From an uncultured Bacteroidota bacterium (GTDB lineage Bacteria; Bacteroidota; Rhodothermia; Rhodothermales; DASSAV01), in assembly GCA_963790965.1 (NCBI GenBank), contig CAWBQO010000002.1, positions 1 through 64,000 on the forward strand: DNA of 64,000 nucleotides, given 5' to 3'. The notes below the pieces were generated by a model that was given only the letters and a program-made list of their open reading frames with translations, was not told where the DNA came from and made no database searches. Both the position numbers and the translations under genes were made by a program. Shown one piece after another: positions 10,656 to 22,087 of this stretch (its first letter is position 1; the number at the start of each line of letters is the position of its first letter).

Positions 10656-11697
10656 AACCTCTCCCCACGCGGTCTACAACGATAACTTCGTCAACAGAGC
10701 GCAGTCTCTCGGTTTCTCGGCTTAACCGAACACGGATGGTCGTTGGTGCTAACCGTGAACCGCACGTCGATTGTGGCGTGCATGGGACACCTCTCAGGTT
10801 AGACACCAGAGGCGCCTCCTTCCTCAGGGGAGTCAGTTACTACTGAACTCTAGCGGACTTTGCGACACGACGAATCGGTTGTAGCCCGTGCGACCGCGTG
10901 TATCTATTATGGACAGATCGATAGCATGCTCCTCACCCCATCTACAGCTCCATACCGCTAAATTTTTTCCAGCTGCGGTTATCACCTTAAGTTCATACTT
11001 CTGAGCCTGTGCTGCGATCGTTTTACTCACTTCCTCACACGTGTTCTGAGTTCCTAATAGCGGGATCTCTGTCTCGAAGGTGCAGTAGTGAATCCGAAGT
11101 TCGATCTGCTTCGGTTACTGAGAGGACATGGTGCATCGTATCGAAACCCAAACGTCATTTTGAGAGGTCAAATAGTGGTTGCTTGAGCCCTCCTGCTGTC
11201 TACCACCCGAGTGAGCGTGTCCCTCGGCGTCGGTTAATATATCATCTACAGAATGGGGACAATCCAAGGTGTGATTTACCACCCAGCCAACAAATCTGAG
11301 TCGAATTTTTGAGATGACAAAACTATATTTGTAATGTCATTCATCTAGTTCCGGACAACCTTGATAGAGCAGTGAAATCCTCGTTATAACCTATTAGTTA
11401 CTTCTTTAAATTTAATATTATAAAATTGGATAGGTAGAGTAGCAGTAGACAGAAGTAAGTCCTCACAACCGATAGTGTCGCGCCTGCAGCGAATTACAGA
11501 AGTTTGAACAGAGGACTGAGAGGAACTTAACTCGGTACATGTAGCGGGGTATATATTACCAGCAACCCACAGCGTTCAAACATACACAAAACATTCACAA
11601 AATCGTCTATTTGTCAGCCAAGTTCGCACAGAGAGAAATATTTGATGTAGATTCAAGGAGAAGCCTTATTCAGTTCCCAACCATAGATAGTCATAGT

Positions 11698-13200
11698 ATG
11701 TTCTCAGTACTTCCGTTCCAGATCAGCCTTGGGTTTTCGCTCATTCCGATACTGGTGCTGGCGCTCGCGATCATTACGGTGTACCGCTCGGTTGAAATCG
11801 TCAACGCCTACGAGAGGCGCGTGCTGACTGTCTTCGGCGAGTATCGCAAGCTACTCGAACCTGGTATCAACTTCGTCCCACCGTTCGTTTCTCGAACGTA
11901 CCCGTTCGATCTACGCACGCAGACCCTCGATATTCCACACCAAGAGGCGATCACGCGGGATAATTCGCCCGTGAGAGCAGACGCCATCGTGTACATCCGC
12001 GTAATGGACGCAAAGCGCGCATTTCTCGAGGTCGAAGATTACCACCTGGCAGTTCTAAACCTTGCTCAGACGACGTTGAGAGCGGTACTTGGAGACATGG
12101 AACTCGACGAGACATTGAGCAAACGCTCGGAGATTAATGCGCGTATCCGCCACCAGCTCGACGAACCGACTGACGAGTGGGGAATTCGCGTCGAATCCGT
12201 CGAAGTACGTGAGGTGAGCCCGTCGGAGGACGTTCAGAAGGCGATGGAACAGCAGACAGGTGCGGAACGCCGTCGCCGCGCGACAATCTTAGAAGCCCAG
12301 GGTCAACGCCGCAGCGCTATCGAGCAAGCGGAGGGGAATAAAAAAGCCGCGGTCATCAATGCACAGGGCCAAAAACAGAGTCAGATCTTGGAAGCACAGG
12401 GTGACGCAATCTCGATCGTCCTTCGTGCGCGAGCTGCCGAGTCGATGGGTGAGCGTGCGATCATCGAGAAAGGGATGGAGACGCTTCAATCGATCGGCGA
12501 AAGTGACGCGACGACGTTTGTTCTTCCCCAAGAACTCACTTCGCTGTTCGGCCGGTATGCGAAGCACCTCACCGGTAGCGACCTGCAACAACTGAACGGC
12601 CACGACCTCGACAGCCGGGGATTCGATTCCGAGACGCGCGAACTCCTCGGACTCGACAATATCGCAGGGATCCTTGGTGAAATCGACCAGGAAGCCGAAG
12701 TCGATATTGAGGCGCTAGAAAAGGAGGCTGAAGCAATCAAAACAGGTGGTGAAGTAGACCCAGAGGAAGACAACGCTACTAGGCTGGTAACGAATCGGAG
12801 ACTGAAGCCGTCGATAGGTCCGATGAATTCACTGCCGATACTGGATCCTCTCCAGAGCACGGCGTGGACAGTGATACAACGCGCGAAGAACGCACAAAAC
12901 CAACGGACGAGTCGAGTTCCTCCCACGCTGAACAGTAGGTACGGACTCTCGATAGGAGTGGAACCGATGTGGAGACTGTGTCGAACGAGATGCGGCGCTT
13001 CGTGCCAATTGTGTCTGGAGTGTGTACTTCCACCGTACTCGGAAGCGAATGACTCAGCGTCGTCACCGGAGTTATCCCCCGCTCATTGGAGGGATTACCA
13101 CACAGCGGCCTCCCTCTTATCCGTCGTGTTCGGAGTCGCTACGACGGTGATATTACAGCACCAGTCTGTGAATAGTGATGAATCCGTCTGTCGGTGCTAG
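11698..13200 (+). CDS. SPFH/band-7 (stomatin-like) membrane protein; C-terminal ~140 aa atypical (Cys-rich, possible frameshift read-through)
   Basis: N-terminal TM then SPFH core (RVLTVFGEYRKLLEPGINFVPPF…TRDNSPVRADAIVYIRVMDAKRA…) and EAQG/NAQG coiled-coil repeats. Start taken at the Met just before the TM helix. Confidence 0.6.
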   Translation: MFSVLPFQISLGFSLIPILVLALAIITVYRSVEIVNAYERRVLTVFGEYRKLLEPGINFVPPFVSRTYPFDLRTQTLDIPHQEAITRDNSPVRADAIVYIRVMDAKRAFLEVEDYHLAVLNLAQTTLRAVLGDMELDETLSKRSEINARIRHQLDEPTDEWGIRVESVEVREVSPSEDVQKAMEQQTGAERRRRATILEAQGQRRSAIEQAEGNKKAAVINAQGQKQSQILEAQGDAISIVLRARAAESMGERAIIEKGMETLQSIGESDATTFVLPQELTSLFGRYAKHLTGSDLQQLNGHDLDSRGFDSETRELLGLDNIAGILGEIDQEAEVDIEALEKEAEAIKTGGEVDPEEDNATRLVTNRRLKPSIGPMNSLPILDPLQSTAWTVIQRAKNAQNQRTSRVPPTLNSRYGLSIGVEPMWRLCRTRCGASCQLCLECVLPPYSEANDSASSPELSPAHWRDYHTAASLLSVVFGVATTVILQHQSVNSDESVCRC

Positions 13201-13233
13201 CGCACAGACTTTCGGATAGCCATCCGTGGTAAT

Positions 13234-14490
13234 TCACACCGTCGTCGGAGGCTTACTGCGTCCGCCAGCTGCACCGATTCCCCGCTGGAGTTCGAGCACG
13301 CTCGCGTAATCGGCCTGCGAGAGTACACCCACGACCCTACCGTCTTCTTCGACGAGTGCGTACGACGCCTTCTGGGTACCGAGTTCGACGAGTGTGGCGA
13401 AGGCGTCCGCTGTCGCCTGTACGGTCAGCGTCGTTTCGGACATCACGTCAGTAACTGGAGTAGTGTCGCGATTTCGCTGTCCGACTCCCTTTAGATGTTG
13501 CAGCGAGACAATACCAACGATGGCACCGGTCTCGTCGGTGACGCCATACTCAGTCCGTCGGTCGACAAGCAACTGGTCGACGAAGTCAGCGACTGTCGAA
13601 GTGGTGGAGATGGTTCGTGGATCAAGTGTCATGACATCTGCGACTGTGAGTCCATCGAGTAAGTCTTCGAGTGCTGTCGTACGTGACTCAGATTTCGCTG
13701 CCCCGTAGACGAACAGCGCAACGAGGAGGAGGAGGACATTGAACGTGAATACGCCGACGACGGCGAACAGCAGCGCGAAGATGACGCCAACGCGGGCAGC
13801 AAGCTGCGTCGCCTGCCCGTAGGGGCGCGTTCGTGCGAGCAGTGCTCGGAACACTCGACCGCCATCCATCGGGAACGCTGGAACGAGATTAAAAATCGCG
13901 AGTGTCACGTTCACGATCGCGAGCCAACCGATGATGAATACGATGCTGGGACGATCTGCAACGGGAGTGCGGGGACGCGCCAAGATGGCGAGACCTATGG
14001 TTGGGAGCGATGCTGGGACGATCTGCAACAACCCAAAGCAGCCCAACCCAAGGAGAATACTCGTGATTGGGCCAGCGATGGCGATCCAGAACTCGCGGTT
14101 CCACTCGCGTGGGATGGACGCCATACTCGCAACACCACCGAAGATCCAGAGTGTAATCGACTCGATCGTCAACCCGTATCGTTGCGCGACCCAGGAGTGC
14201 CCCAGCTCGTGGATAGTTACACTCACGAACAACCCGACCGCCGCAACGACCCCGATTACCCAAGGTGTAATGCCCTGGCGGAGGACGGCAATGTCGAGCG
14301 TCGATGTCGACATAGACAACCAGTTGATGAACCCTGCGTAGAGGGTAATCTCTTGGCCGCTCCCGATCAGCCACGCTAGGATCGGGAGGAAGAGTAGCAA
14401 CGAGATGTTGATTTTGATGGCAATACCCCAGACGCTGGTGATTCGATAGCTGCGCATTGCTCTACGAAGAATATCAACGTCGAACCACAT
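13234..14490 (-). CDS. Site-2 protease (M50) family zinc metalloprotease with C-terminal tandem CBS domains
   Basis: HELGHSWVAQRYG HExxH motif inside TM helices, FPMDGGRV motif, then two CBS-like repeats. Confidence 0.7.
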   Translation of the reverse strand: MWFDVDILRRAMRSYRITSVWGIAIKINISLLLFLPILAWLIGSGQEITLYAGFINWLSMSTSTLDIAVLRQGITPWVIGVVAAVGLFVSVTIHELGHSWVAQRYGLTIESITLWIFGGVASMASIPREWNREFWIAIAGPITSILLGLGCFGLLQIVPASLPTIGLAILARPRTPVADRPSIVFIIGWLAIVNVTLAIFNLVPAFPMDGGRVFRALLARTRPYGQATQLAARVGVIFALLFAVVGVFTFNVLLLLVALFVYGAAKSESRTTALEDLLDGLTVADVMTLDPRTISTTSTVADFVDQLLVDRRTEYGVTDETGAIVGIVSLQHLKGVGQRNRDTTPVTDVMSETTLTVQATADAFATLVELGTQKASYALVEEDGRVVGVLSQADYASVLELQRGIGAAGGRSKPPTTV

Positions 14491-15418
14491 ATACCCGCGT
14501 TCGGAAGACTAGATATCGGACGGAAGCAGATACGACCTAATCATCGAGAAGGGTATAGCCGCCCACATGCTATCGAAATCGGTGATGGAGTCATCGGTGT
14601 GGATCTTTCCTCATCCCACGGGTTCTGGAGAGGGCCGTATATAGATCCTGTTTGTGCGTAGTCAGACAAGTCCTTCTATCACCTGACTGAATCGTTGAGG
14701 ACGACTAGAGCAAGTGTGGCAAAGCTCCCCTTCTCTTACTATAGTAGGAGATTACAACTTTCAACCGGGTATCGTTCGAATACCTGATAGCGTCCATTCC
14801 GGTATCTGGCAGGTGAGGAACATCACCCGTACCTCTCACTTTGAATGTTCTGGTGCGGAGGATCCATTTGACTGCATGAGCCACCTCGTCGCAACGGGGG
14901 CGGTCCATTGCGTTGACGGCGGTTACTGCTGCAGTCTCTGAAAGCAACGGGAGTTCGTCGGCCAACTTGTGCTGGGACATGTAGGGCAGGATAGTCATTG
15001 ACTAATACTCGCTGGCGATGTAGTTATGTATGTAGGCAGCTGGTAAGCAACTTTCTCGCTGCAGTACTACCGATATGAAAATAAATCAACCACGGCTGTT
15101 TGACTCGGTGTGTGCTGGTATACAAGAGCGAGGACGCTGACCACGGTCACTGCCTGTGAGCGGCCATCTGCGGCAATCAGTTCGATAGAGTCGCAGTGGT
15201 GAGATGTTTTCGAAATCCGGCGGCGGCCTACTCGCCGCTAAACACATACAATTATTCCCGAATAGACGCTAAAGTAGACAATATTCCAAAGTACCTCCCA
15301 TTAAACGACACAAACATTAAAAATAGTGTCCAAAATAATGATGGCTACGGGAAAGTATATAGCCACTGCAAACGTATCATTAATCTGAAAAAGTGGAGAT
15401 GACTTCAGAGAGAGAATC

Positions 15419-17455
15419 GTGAGCGAATCCGACCGTCGCCGCCAAGAGCAACGGAGAGACATAGCAATGTCAAACACAGGAAACCCAAACGAACACCACG
15501 TGGAAAGTCCGACAGCGCCGACTACGAGAGCGCCGACCGACCGATCGAACGACGAACAGACGACGCAGACGGACCTCCTGGGCGGGTTACAGATCAATTC
15601 GACGGCCGACATACGGGTACCGAAGCGTCTCGTCGATCAGGTCATCGGACAGGAACATGCCCGCGACATCGTCATGAAGGCGGCCAAACAACGGCGCCAC
15701 GTCATGCTGATCGGATCGCCCGGGACGGGGAAATCGATGCTCGGGAAGGCCATGGCCGAACTCCTCCCGAGAGAGGAGCTACAGGACGTTCTCGTCTCGT
15801 ACAACCGTGACGATCCGAACCGACCGCACGTTCGGACGGTTCCGGCGGGTGACGGGAGAGGGATCGTCGAGATCCACAAAAATGAAGCGCGCAAGCGGAG
15901 GGGAACGCGATCAATGATGTTGTGGATACTCCTCATCGCGATTCTGGGGTACGCGCTGCTCATCGCGAACAATCTCCTGATGGGAATGCTGGCTGCCGGA
16001 ATCGTAGTCATCATCTTCGGGCTCAACAACAGCCGACAGACCGTTCTCGTTCCGAATCTTCTGATCAACAACGGGCATCGAAAGACGGCTCCGTTCGAGG
16101 ACGCGACGGGTACCCACGCCGGTGCACTACTCGGTGACGTCCGCCACGACCCGTTTCAGTCCGGCGGGATGGAGACTCCGAGCCACGATCGCGTCGAAGC
16201 TGGTGAGATCCACAAGGCGAACAAAGGCGTGCTGTTCATCGACGAGATCAACACCCTCGACGTCCGCTCGCAACAACACCTGATGACCGTGATTCAGGAG
16301 GGCGAGTTCAGCATCACGGGCCAATCCGAGCGGTCTTCCGGGGCGATGGTCAAGACCGAACCCGTCCCGGCAGATTTCGTCATGATCGCCGCGGGCAACG
16401 TTGATGCGATGGAGAACATGCATCCAGCACTCCGGAGCCGACTCAAGGGATACGGATACGAAGTCTATATGGACGACACGATCCCGGATACATCTGAGAC
16501 GCGCCGGAAGTACGCCCGGTTCATCGCCCAGGAAGTCGTTAAGGACGGTCGAATCCCGCACTTCGATCGACGTGCAGTAAATGAGATACTCCTCGAAGCT
16601 CAGCGACGATCCGGTCGACAGGGGTATCTGACGCTCGAACTACGGGACCTCGGTGGACTTGTCCGCGTCGCTGGAGACATCGCTCGTACTGATGGTTCGG
16701 TGTTCGTTACCCGGGATCACGTCCTGCAGGCGAAGGGTCGCTCGCGCTCCATTGAGCAACAATTCGCCGATGACTACATCGAACGCCACAAAGACTACGA
16801 ACTCGCCGTCAACGAAGGATATGCGGTCGGTCGCGTCAACGGACTTGCTGTCTTGGGCGAAGACTCCGGGATCGTGTTACCGGTGATAGCCGAGGTGACG
16901 CCGTCACAGAGCTCGGGTGATCTCATCGTCACTGGGAGATTACGAGAAATCGCCGTCGAGGCGGTTCAGAACGTCTCGGCGGTCATCAAGAAACTCTCCG
17001 ATGCGGGCCTGAACGAGCAGGATGTGCACGTGCAGTTCCTTCAGACAGGTGCTGGTGTCGACGGCGACTCGGCATCTGTCACGGTCGCCACGGCGGTCAT
17101 TAGCGCGCTCGAAGACGTTGCCGTCGATCAGAGCCTCGCCATGATTGGTTCGCTGTCGGTCCACGGAGACGTCCTCCCCGTCAACGGAGTGACGTACATG
17201 ATCGAGGCTGCCGCGAAAGCTGGATTGAAACGCGTCGTCGTTCCGAGGGCGAACCTCCAAGATGTCCTCATCGAAGACGAATTCCGCGAATTGGTCGAGA
17301 TCATCCCCGTCTCCGATCTCAGCGAAGTTCTCAACGCTGCACTCGAAGGCACACCCGAGAAACGGTCGCTTGTCGGCCGGTTCGACCACCTAACCGATCC
17401 GCCGACTACTCGACCATTCATATTCGACCCTGGACGGAGTCCAAGTCCACGATAG
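15419..17455 (+). CDS. lon: Archaeal-type ATP-dependent Lon protease (LonB, membrane-anchored)
   Basis: Walker A LIGSPGTGKSML, two TM helices inserted in the AAA domain, C-terminal S16 proteolytic domain (DGDSASVTVATAVISAL…LAMIGSLSVHGDVLPVNG). GTG start at 15419; alternative ATG at 15467. Confidence 0.8.
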   Translation: MSESDRRRQEQRRDIAMSNTGNPNEHHVESPTAPTTRAPTDRSNDEQTTQTDLLGGLQINSTADIRVPKRLVDQVIGQEHARDIVMKAAKQRRHVMLIGSPGTGKSMLGKAMAELLPREELQDVLVSYNRDDPNRPHVRTVPAGDGRGIVEIHKNEARKRRGTRSMMLWILLIAILGYALLIANNLLMGMLAAGIVVIIFGLNNSRQTVLVPNLLINNGHRKTAPFEDATGTHAGALLGDVRHDPFQSGGMETPSHDRVEAGEIHKANKGVLFIDEINTLDVRSQQHLMTVIQEGEFSITGQSERSSGAMVKTEPVPADFVMIAAGNVDAMENMHPALRSRLKGYGYEVYMDDTIPDTSETRRKYARFIAQEVVKDGRIPHFDRRAVNEILLEAQRRSGRQGYLTLELRDLGGLVRVAGDIARTDGSVFVTRDHVLQAKGRSRSIEQQFADDYIERHKDYELAVNEGYAVGRVNGLAVLGEDSGIVLPVIAEVTPSQSSGDLIVTGRLREIAVEAVQNVSAVIKKLSDAGLNEQDVHVQFLQTGAGVDGDSASVTVATAVISALEDVAVDQSLAMIGSLSVHGDVLPVNGVTYMIEAAAKAGLKRVVVPRANLQDVLIEDEFRELVEIIPVSDLSEVLNAALEGTPEKRSLVGRFDHLTDPPTTRPFIFDPGRSPSPR

Positions 17456-17697
17456 GCGGTATACATGCGGACCCAATTTGGTCAATGCTTCTTAGTGTGT
17501 GAACGTGCTATAATTGATGTGAGCGTTGACATCCTCCCGCGCCTGAAGACGTCCCCAGAACGCTCCGCGTTCTAGTGTGCGGACGAGACGCAAGAGTAGT
17601 CAGCGTAACCTTTGAACATTAGTCGGAAGCGTCTCTATCCAGTGTCGGCGAGATCGTGTCTAAACGTATTTTGGGTGTCAAACGTTGCGCAGACCAC

Positions 17698-18234
17698 TCA
17701 GGATCTGTTCGTCCTCGTAGATCCTGTTGTCGGCTCTGTCAAAGTCGAACTCACCGAAGCCGTGCCTTCGGGCGAGTTCGACGACCTTGCTGCCGTGCTC
17801 GCGCACGTGTGCGCGAGACAGTGTTTGCTCGTCCTCGTCGTCGGTATCAGTTTCTTCTGGGTCGATAGGAACCAGTGCGTCCGGGATAACGTCGTGATGC
17901 GTGCTTCAAGTGCAATTCCTCGTGCAGCAGCGTCGAGCGTCGTCTTGGTTTGCTCACTGAACTGCTCCCATGCGTAGGAGATATTCTGTTGAGTCGGTAC
18001 TTTGCTCAAACCCAGTCCTTTCAGCAGTGACGGTCGATTCGCAAGCCGATCTGCGACCTCGCTCTGGGCGAGGTCGTAGATCGACTGGTAGATGTAGACC
18101 CGTGCCATCGACTCCGTATCGAAGGTCACCTTGTGCTGCTGGCGGTCATCGGTAAGTGGCTCAGTCGGAATTGAGACATCAGAAATGACACGCCAGAGGT
18201 GATCTGTAGTCTCGCAAAGTTTCTGGTCAACCGC
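17698..18234 (-). pseudogene. IS4-family transposase N-terminal fragment (related to 34057..35733), 3' truncated
   Basis: …FDTESMARVYIYQSIYDLAQSEVADRLANRPSLLKGLGLSKVPTQQNISYAWEQF aligns with YEMDTLFRLFVLKELHGWDHETALVEYLKRRSVIREQLGIELIPDQSTLWRSW of the intact copy. The N-terminal part of the ORF as called by the track is a shadow of the opposite-strand fragment. Confidence 0.4.
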
Positions 18235-19128
18235 CGAGTCCGTGAGTACGGTAGCAAACTCGGTGACTTCGTTCGTGATCGTCTTTCCGGGATTAACGCA
18301 GACACTGTCGTTCCTGACGGAACGAAGTGTCATAGCCAGCAAGACCACTGCTCCTACCACGATATCAATATCACCCTCGGACAAACGACCAAGAGTGACG
18401 ACACAGAAACCACACTCTTAGACGTCAACGTCAACGAATCATGGGAGGAGACAGTGAAAACGCTTGAAGAGACTGAGGCAGTCACTGACGACGCAACGGT
18501 CGTCAGTGACGCCGAGGAGGCTCTCGTCGATGCGTTCGAGAGTGACGACCGATCTCACCAGCTCGACCTTGTTCACGTCGGCCGAACGCTTGGGTACAAG
18601 CTCTGGGAAGACGATACATTTCCGCTCAGGGAGCGGAAAGCGATCGTCTCTGGGGTCATGAGCGATCTGTTTCACCTGAAGAACTCGGTGGCGCTGCACG
18701 CACCGAAGAACGAGCGTTTGGCGATCCGCTCACGGATCGACCAAACGCTGGAGAACCTCCAGAAGGAAGCTTGGCGGTTAGAGCGTCAAAAGTCCCCGAA
18801 AGCTGCAGCGTATCTACGAGATTGGGCAAAAGCAACGGTGACGTTCGCGGAACTTACGCTTGAGCACCAGCAGGTCCCGTGGACGTCGAACGTGGTCGAA
18901 CGAGCCATGGGTGAAGTTTCAAAACGGTGTAAGAATCAGTGGATGCGGTGGTCAGAATCTGGGTTAGAGTCGCTTCTCTGGTTGAATCTCGTGAGATACG
19001 CCAATCCCGAGCAGTTCGCGGCGTTCGCCGACGAACTGCTCGAGCGCTCAGCCAAAACAGCCATCACAATGGAGGTGTCAGTTGAGGCTACCAGAGGCGA
19101 ACTCTAGACGACTTTGAGACGGGACCAA
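18232..19128 (+). pseudogene. ISH-type transposase C-terminal fragment (same family as 22268..23605), 5' truncated, right inverted repeat retained
   Basis: Collinear similarity from RRVREYGSKL to the C-terminus (…VPWTSNVVERAMGEVSKRCKNQWMRW…EATRGEL). Right inverted-repeat-like ctctagacgactttgagacgggacc at ~19104..19128. Confidence 0.6.
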
Positions 19129-19715
19129 TTATTCTGAAGTTCTTGACGAAGTTCGTGCAGCTTTTCTGGGGCTTTCCTCGCTTTGTTAATTCGATCCAAA
19201 GACTGGATGACTGAATCAACTACGAGTCGATCTGTTGGATCATGAACTAAGGAATTTCGGGTTTTCCGAACGTCGTGGATCAGACCGTGAGTACCTGATT
19301 CAATCAGCCCCATGTCATAGGCGAGTTCGATTTTCTCGTTAAATGAATACTTTCCAATCCAGTCATCAGCTTGATCTCGACTCCGGTATGGTTCAGCAAT
19401 AATATTATCTCGTAGAATCACATGTAACTGCTCATCCATAATTCCAGAGCTGATTATAAACAAGGCAACCAGTTTCTGAGTGAGTGGGCGCGGTAGAATA
19501 TCAATCTCTGGTACTTCTTCACCTTCAATCTCAAACTCACTTTCTCTTTCTCGTCGTTCTTCTACTTGCTTTTGAACCTGGCTTATCCCTTCACGGATTT
19601 CTTGTGTAAGCTCTTTTAATTCACCACGATGCGAATGGTGAACTGTTTTCGAACCATGAGCACCCCGATATCTCAGTAGGACGTTTTCCCATAAATCATT
19701 CTCAAGAGATTCCAT
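19104..19715 (-). CDS. hypothetical protein with a HEPN-like R-x4-H motif (VRKTRNSLVHD) and an N-terminal coiled coil
   Basis: 203 aa; coiled-coil acidic N-terminus; C-terminal helical region with RNSLVH matching the HEPN Rx4-6H signature; low-GC island. Confidence 0.3.
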   Translation of the reverse strand: MESLENDLWENVLLRYRGAHGSKTVHHSHRGELKELTQEIREGISQVQKQVEERRERESEFEIEGEEVPEIDILPRPLTQKLVALFIISSGIMDEQLHVILRDNIIAEPYRSRDQADDWIGKYSFNEKIELAYDMGLIESGTHGLIHDVRKTRNSLVHDPTDRLVVDSVIQSLDRINKARKAPEKLHELRQELQNNWSRLKVV

Positions 19716-20017
19716 ATTTGCTCTATTAGAGAGAAGTCAACTCACATTAACTTAACTAATAGAATATAATCGGATGTGACAATACACAATATACATCGTG
19801 ATGGTGTCAATAGAAAGGATACAGCCACGAAATAGTGATATAAAATTAATCCACCAATGAGGGGCTCTCAGGCATAGTGATTTGTCTGTACCTAGCGCGA
19901 GAGTACAATATGCGTAGCGATCACAAGAAGTCACCTTCTGCTGAGTTCTAAGCCGGCGATAGAACAACTACGCTCAGGGACATACATTATTGAGTTAAAT
20001 ATAATCATTGCTCCCAA

Positions 20018-21190
20018 TCAGTATCCAGTATAAAATTGGATATTTGCTTGATTGGACATCTTATATGCCGGCCATCCTATCCCATAATTGTATAAATTGT
20101 TGTTACAAGCTGTGCCAATTTTGGAACCATTGGGAGTCTGAGTAGCTATGCTAACCATATAGCATTTAGGTGGGTCTCCGTTAGACACAAAGTGAAATAC
20201 TGGTGCTCCCGAATCACCATCTGCTTGATTATTAGTGACTTTTACGCCAGCACCATCCATACTAATACAATTTGATCCGTTACTAACATTACTATTCGTA
20301 CTCGCAACTCTGCCAGTTGTTTTCCCGGATGATATTCCAATTTTCGTTACTTGTTCATAGGAAGTAACCATCCGATTAATTTTATACTCAGTATAATGAC
20401 CACCAATTCCATATCGACTCCCGTCCGGGAATTGAATCCGTCCATTGTAGTTAATCCCATTTGAATTATTTTTGGCTACAATACACCAATCATGGACATT
20501 GTTCCATCGTGCTGGCTCACCATACTTCCGATTTGAATGGTCATTCATACTTTGATAAGCGGTATGTCCTCCTAATCCTTCACATGACCCATTACCACCA
20601 CCATTGAAAAATACATGAGCGCAATTTAACATATAGAAGTTCCCATTTCGCTTTACCCGACAACTAGTAGTCGAGTGATATATTTTTCCACCTCCGGCAT
20701 GTGAATTGGCGATTCCACCAGACATACTACTATAGGTCCCTCGATTCGCACACGTTGAACGGGTTTCTTCTGCTTCAATTATCCTAATTGGTACTCCGTT
20801 CGAACTTGAGGGGTGACGATCCGCTGCTGCTGATTGGTTGTGCGCACCAATACGGATCTCGAACCCTCTAACATCATCTTCAATATAATCAGATGATGCC
20901 CCGATCTCAACATGAGATATGTTCTCATCAACTGCTGTCTTTTTCTGTAGATGATGAGTGACTTCTTTAGCAGTATTATACATATTGTACCACTTCTTCG
21001 ATACTTTTTCTGTTTCTATAACTTCTGTCCCTCTCTTTGCAGTGGGAATCTTAACATAATTTCCACTTCCGGTTGCAGAGGCGACCGTCACGTTCAGACC
21101 TCCTATACTTGTGATCCCGGAACCTGCTCCAACTGCTTTTAGAAAACTTCGTTTGCTAATTTTCCTATGATTATTCTGGTCGTCAACCAT
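20018..21190 (-). CDS. Secreted trypsin-like (S1 family) serine protease candidate with Tat-type signal
   Basis: N-terminal KRSFLKAVGAG Tat-like signal; candidate catalytic triad contexts LNCAHVF (His), DWCIVA (Asp), GDSGAPVF (Ser); Asn/Gly/Ser-rich; low-GC region. Confidence 0.45.
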   Translation of the reverse strand: MVDDQNNHRKISKRSFLKAVGAGSGITSIGGLNVTVASATGSGNYVKIPTAKRGTEVIETEKVSKKWYNMYNTAKEVTHHLQKKTAVDENISHVEIGASSDYIEDDVRGFEIRIGAHNQSAAADRHPSSSNGVPIRIIEAEETRSTCANRGTYSSMSGGIANSHAGGGKIYHSTTSCRVKRNGNFYMLNCAHVFFNGGGNGSCEGLGGHTAYQSMNDHSNRKYGEPARWNNVHDWCIVAKNNSNGINYNGRIQFPDGSRYGIGGHYTEYKINRMVTSYEQVTKIGISSGKTTGRVASTNSNVSNGSNCISMDGAGVKVTNNQADGDSGAPVFHFVSNGDPPKCYMVSIATQTPNGSKIGTACNNNLYNYGIGWPAYKMSNQANIQFYTGY

Positions 21191-21448
21191 ATCTATTCAT
21201 ACAGTCAACAGTTATATAATATTATTTAATTGAATAATATATTCTGCTAACAGGAATTGCAGCCTTATATAATAATATGCCAATTCAGTACCAATATATG
21301 TGGCAGGTGGCCTATACCATGCGCTTAATTCATAACAATAAAACTGTAAATTCCCACCAATAATATCATTTTGGTTGTGAATTTAAAAGGGTCAAACACG
21401 CATTTGTGTTACCACAATTCATATGCTCTATGTATCCCTATTATATCC

Positions 21449-22087
21449 ATGAAACGACGTACTGCATTGAAATTACTAAGCGTATCATCAGTGGGACTAG
21501 CTGGGTGTATTGCAAATGGAGCAGTGAACAGCGACTCGAATGACTCTCAATCAAACACTCAGAGTCCGCCTACTAAAGAGACAAACACTACAATAGAAAA
21601 AAGTGATGCAACTATGGATATCTCCAAATCAATTGAGATTGTAAACACCAATTCAGCACCATCTTCGTTCGGCATTTCATTCACTATTAAACCAGTTATT
21701 GAGACGATTACTCCAAAACATACCCCACAAGTGGAAGTCACTATGGAAAACGAGACTAATCATAAATTAAAATTGAATAGTGGTTCTCTCACACAAACTA
21801 GTACAAATAGTAACGGAGCAGGCCTTCTTATTGTCGAGGGTGATACTATTCAAGCACCTGATTGTAGCCATTATGAGGCATCAATTTCACCCGATTCAGT
21901 TACACAAACGTTTAGCAGTAATGAAAAAAGTTCAACGATCTATACGTTAAAAAACGACCCTAGTTCAAATGGCTGTTTTGAAACAGGAACTTACCGATTC
22001 TCGAATACGTACACAAAGAGCGGAAGCGGAAATCGTCGCGCCTTTAAGTGGTATTTTTCGATCAAAGTCAAAAAAACTCATCAGTGA
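21449..22087 (+). CDS. Tat-lipoprotein (lipobox LAGC) of unknown function, Ser/Thr/Asn-rich
   Basis: MKRRTALKLLSVSSVGLAGC signal with RR and lipobox cysteine; an inverted-repeat hairpin (atagaca…tgtctat) lies at 22110..22140 just downstream. Confidence 0.45.
   Translation: MKRRTALKLLSVSSVGLAGCIANGAVNSDSNDSQSNTQSPPTKETNTTIEKSDATMDISKSIEIVNTNSAPSSFGISFTIKPVIETITPKHTPQVEVTMENETNHKLKLNSGSLTQTSTNSNGAGLLIVEGDTIQAPDCSHYEASISPDSVTQTFSSNEKSSTIYTLKNDPSSNGCFETGTYRFSNTYTKSGSGNRRAFKWYFSIKVKKTHQ

Noticed and set aside
15340-15420. TATA-like box (aagtatatag) upstream of lon
   Set aside because: The spacing to either candidate start (GTG 15419, ATG 15467) cannot be tied to a transcription start site without data, so it is not reported as a feature.
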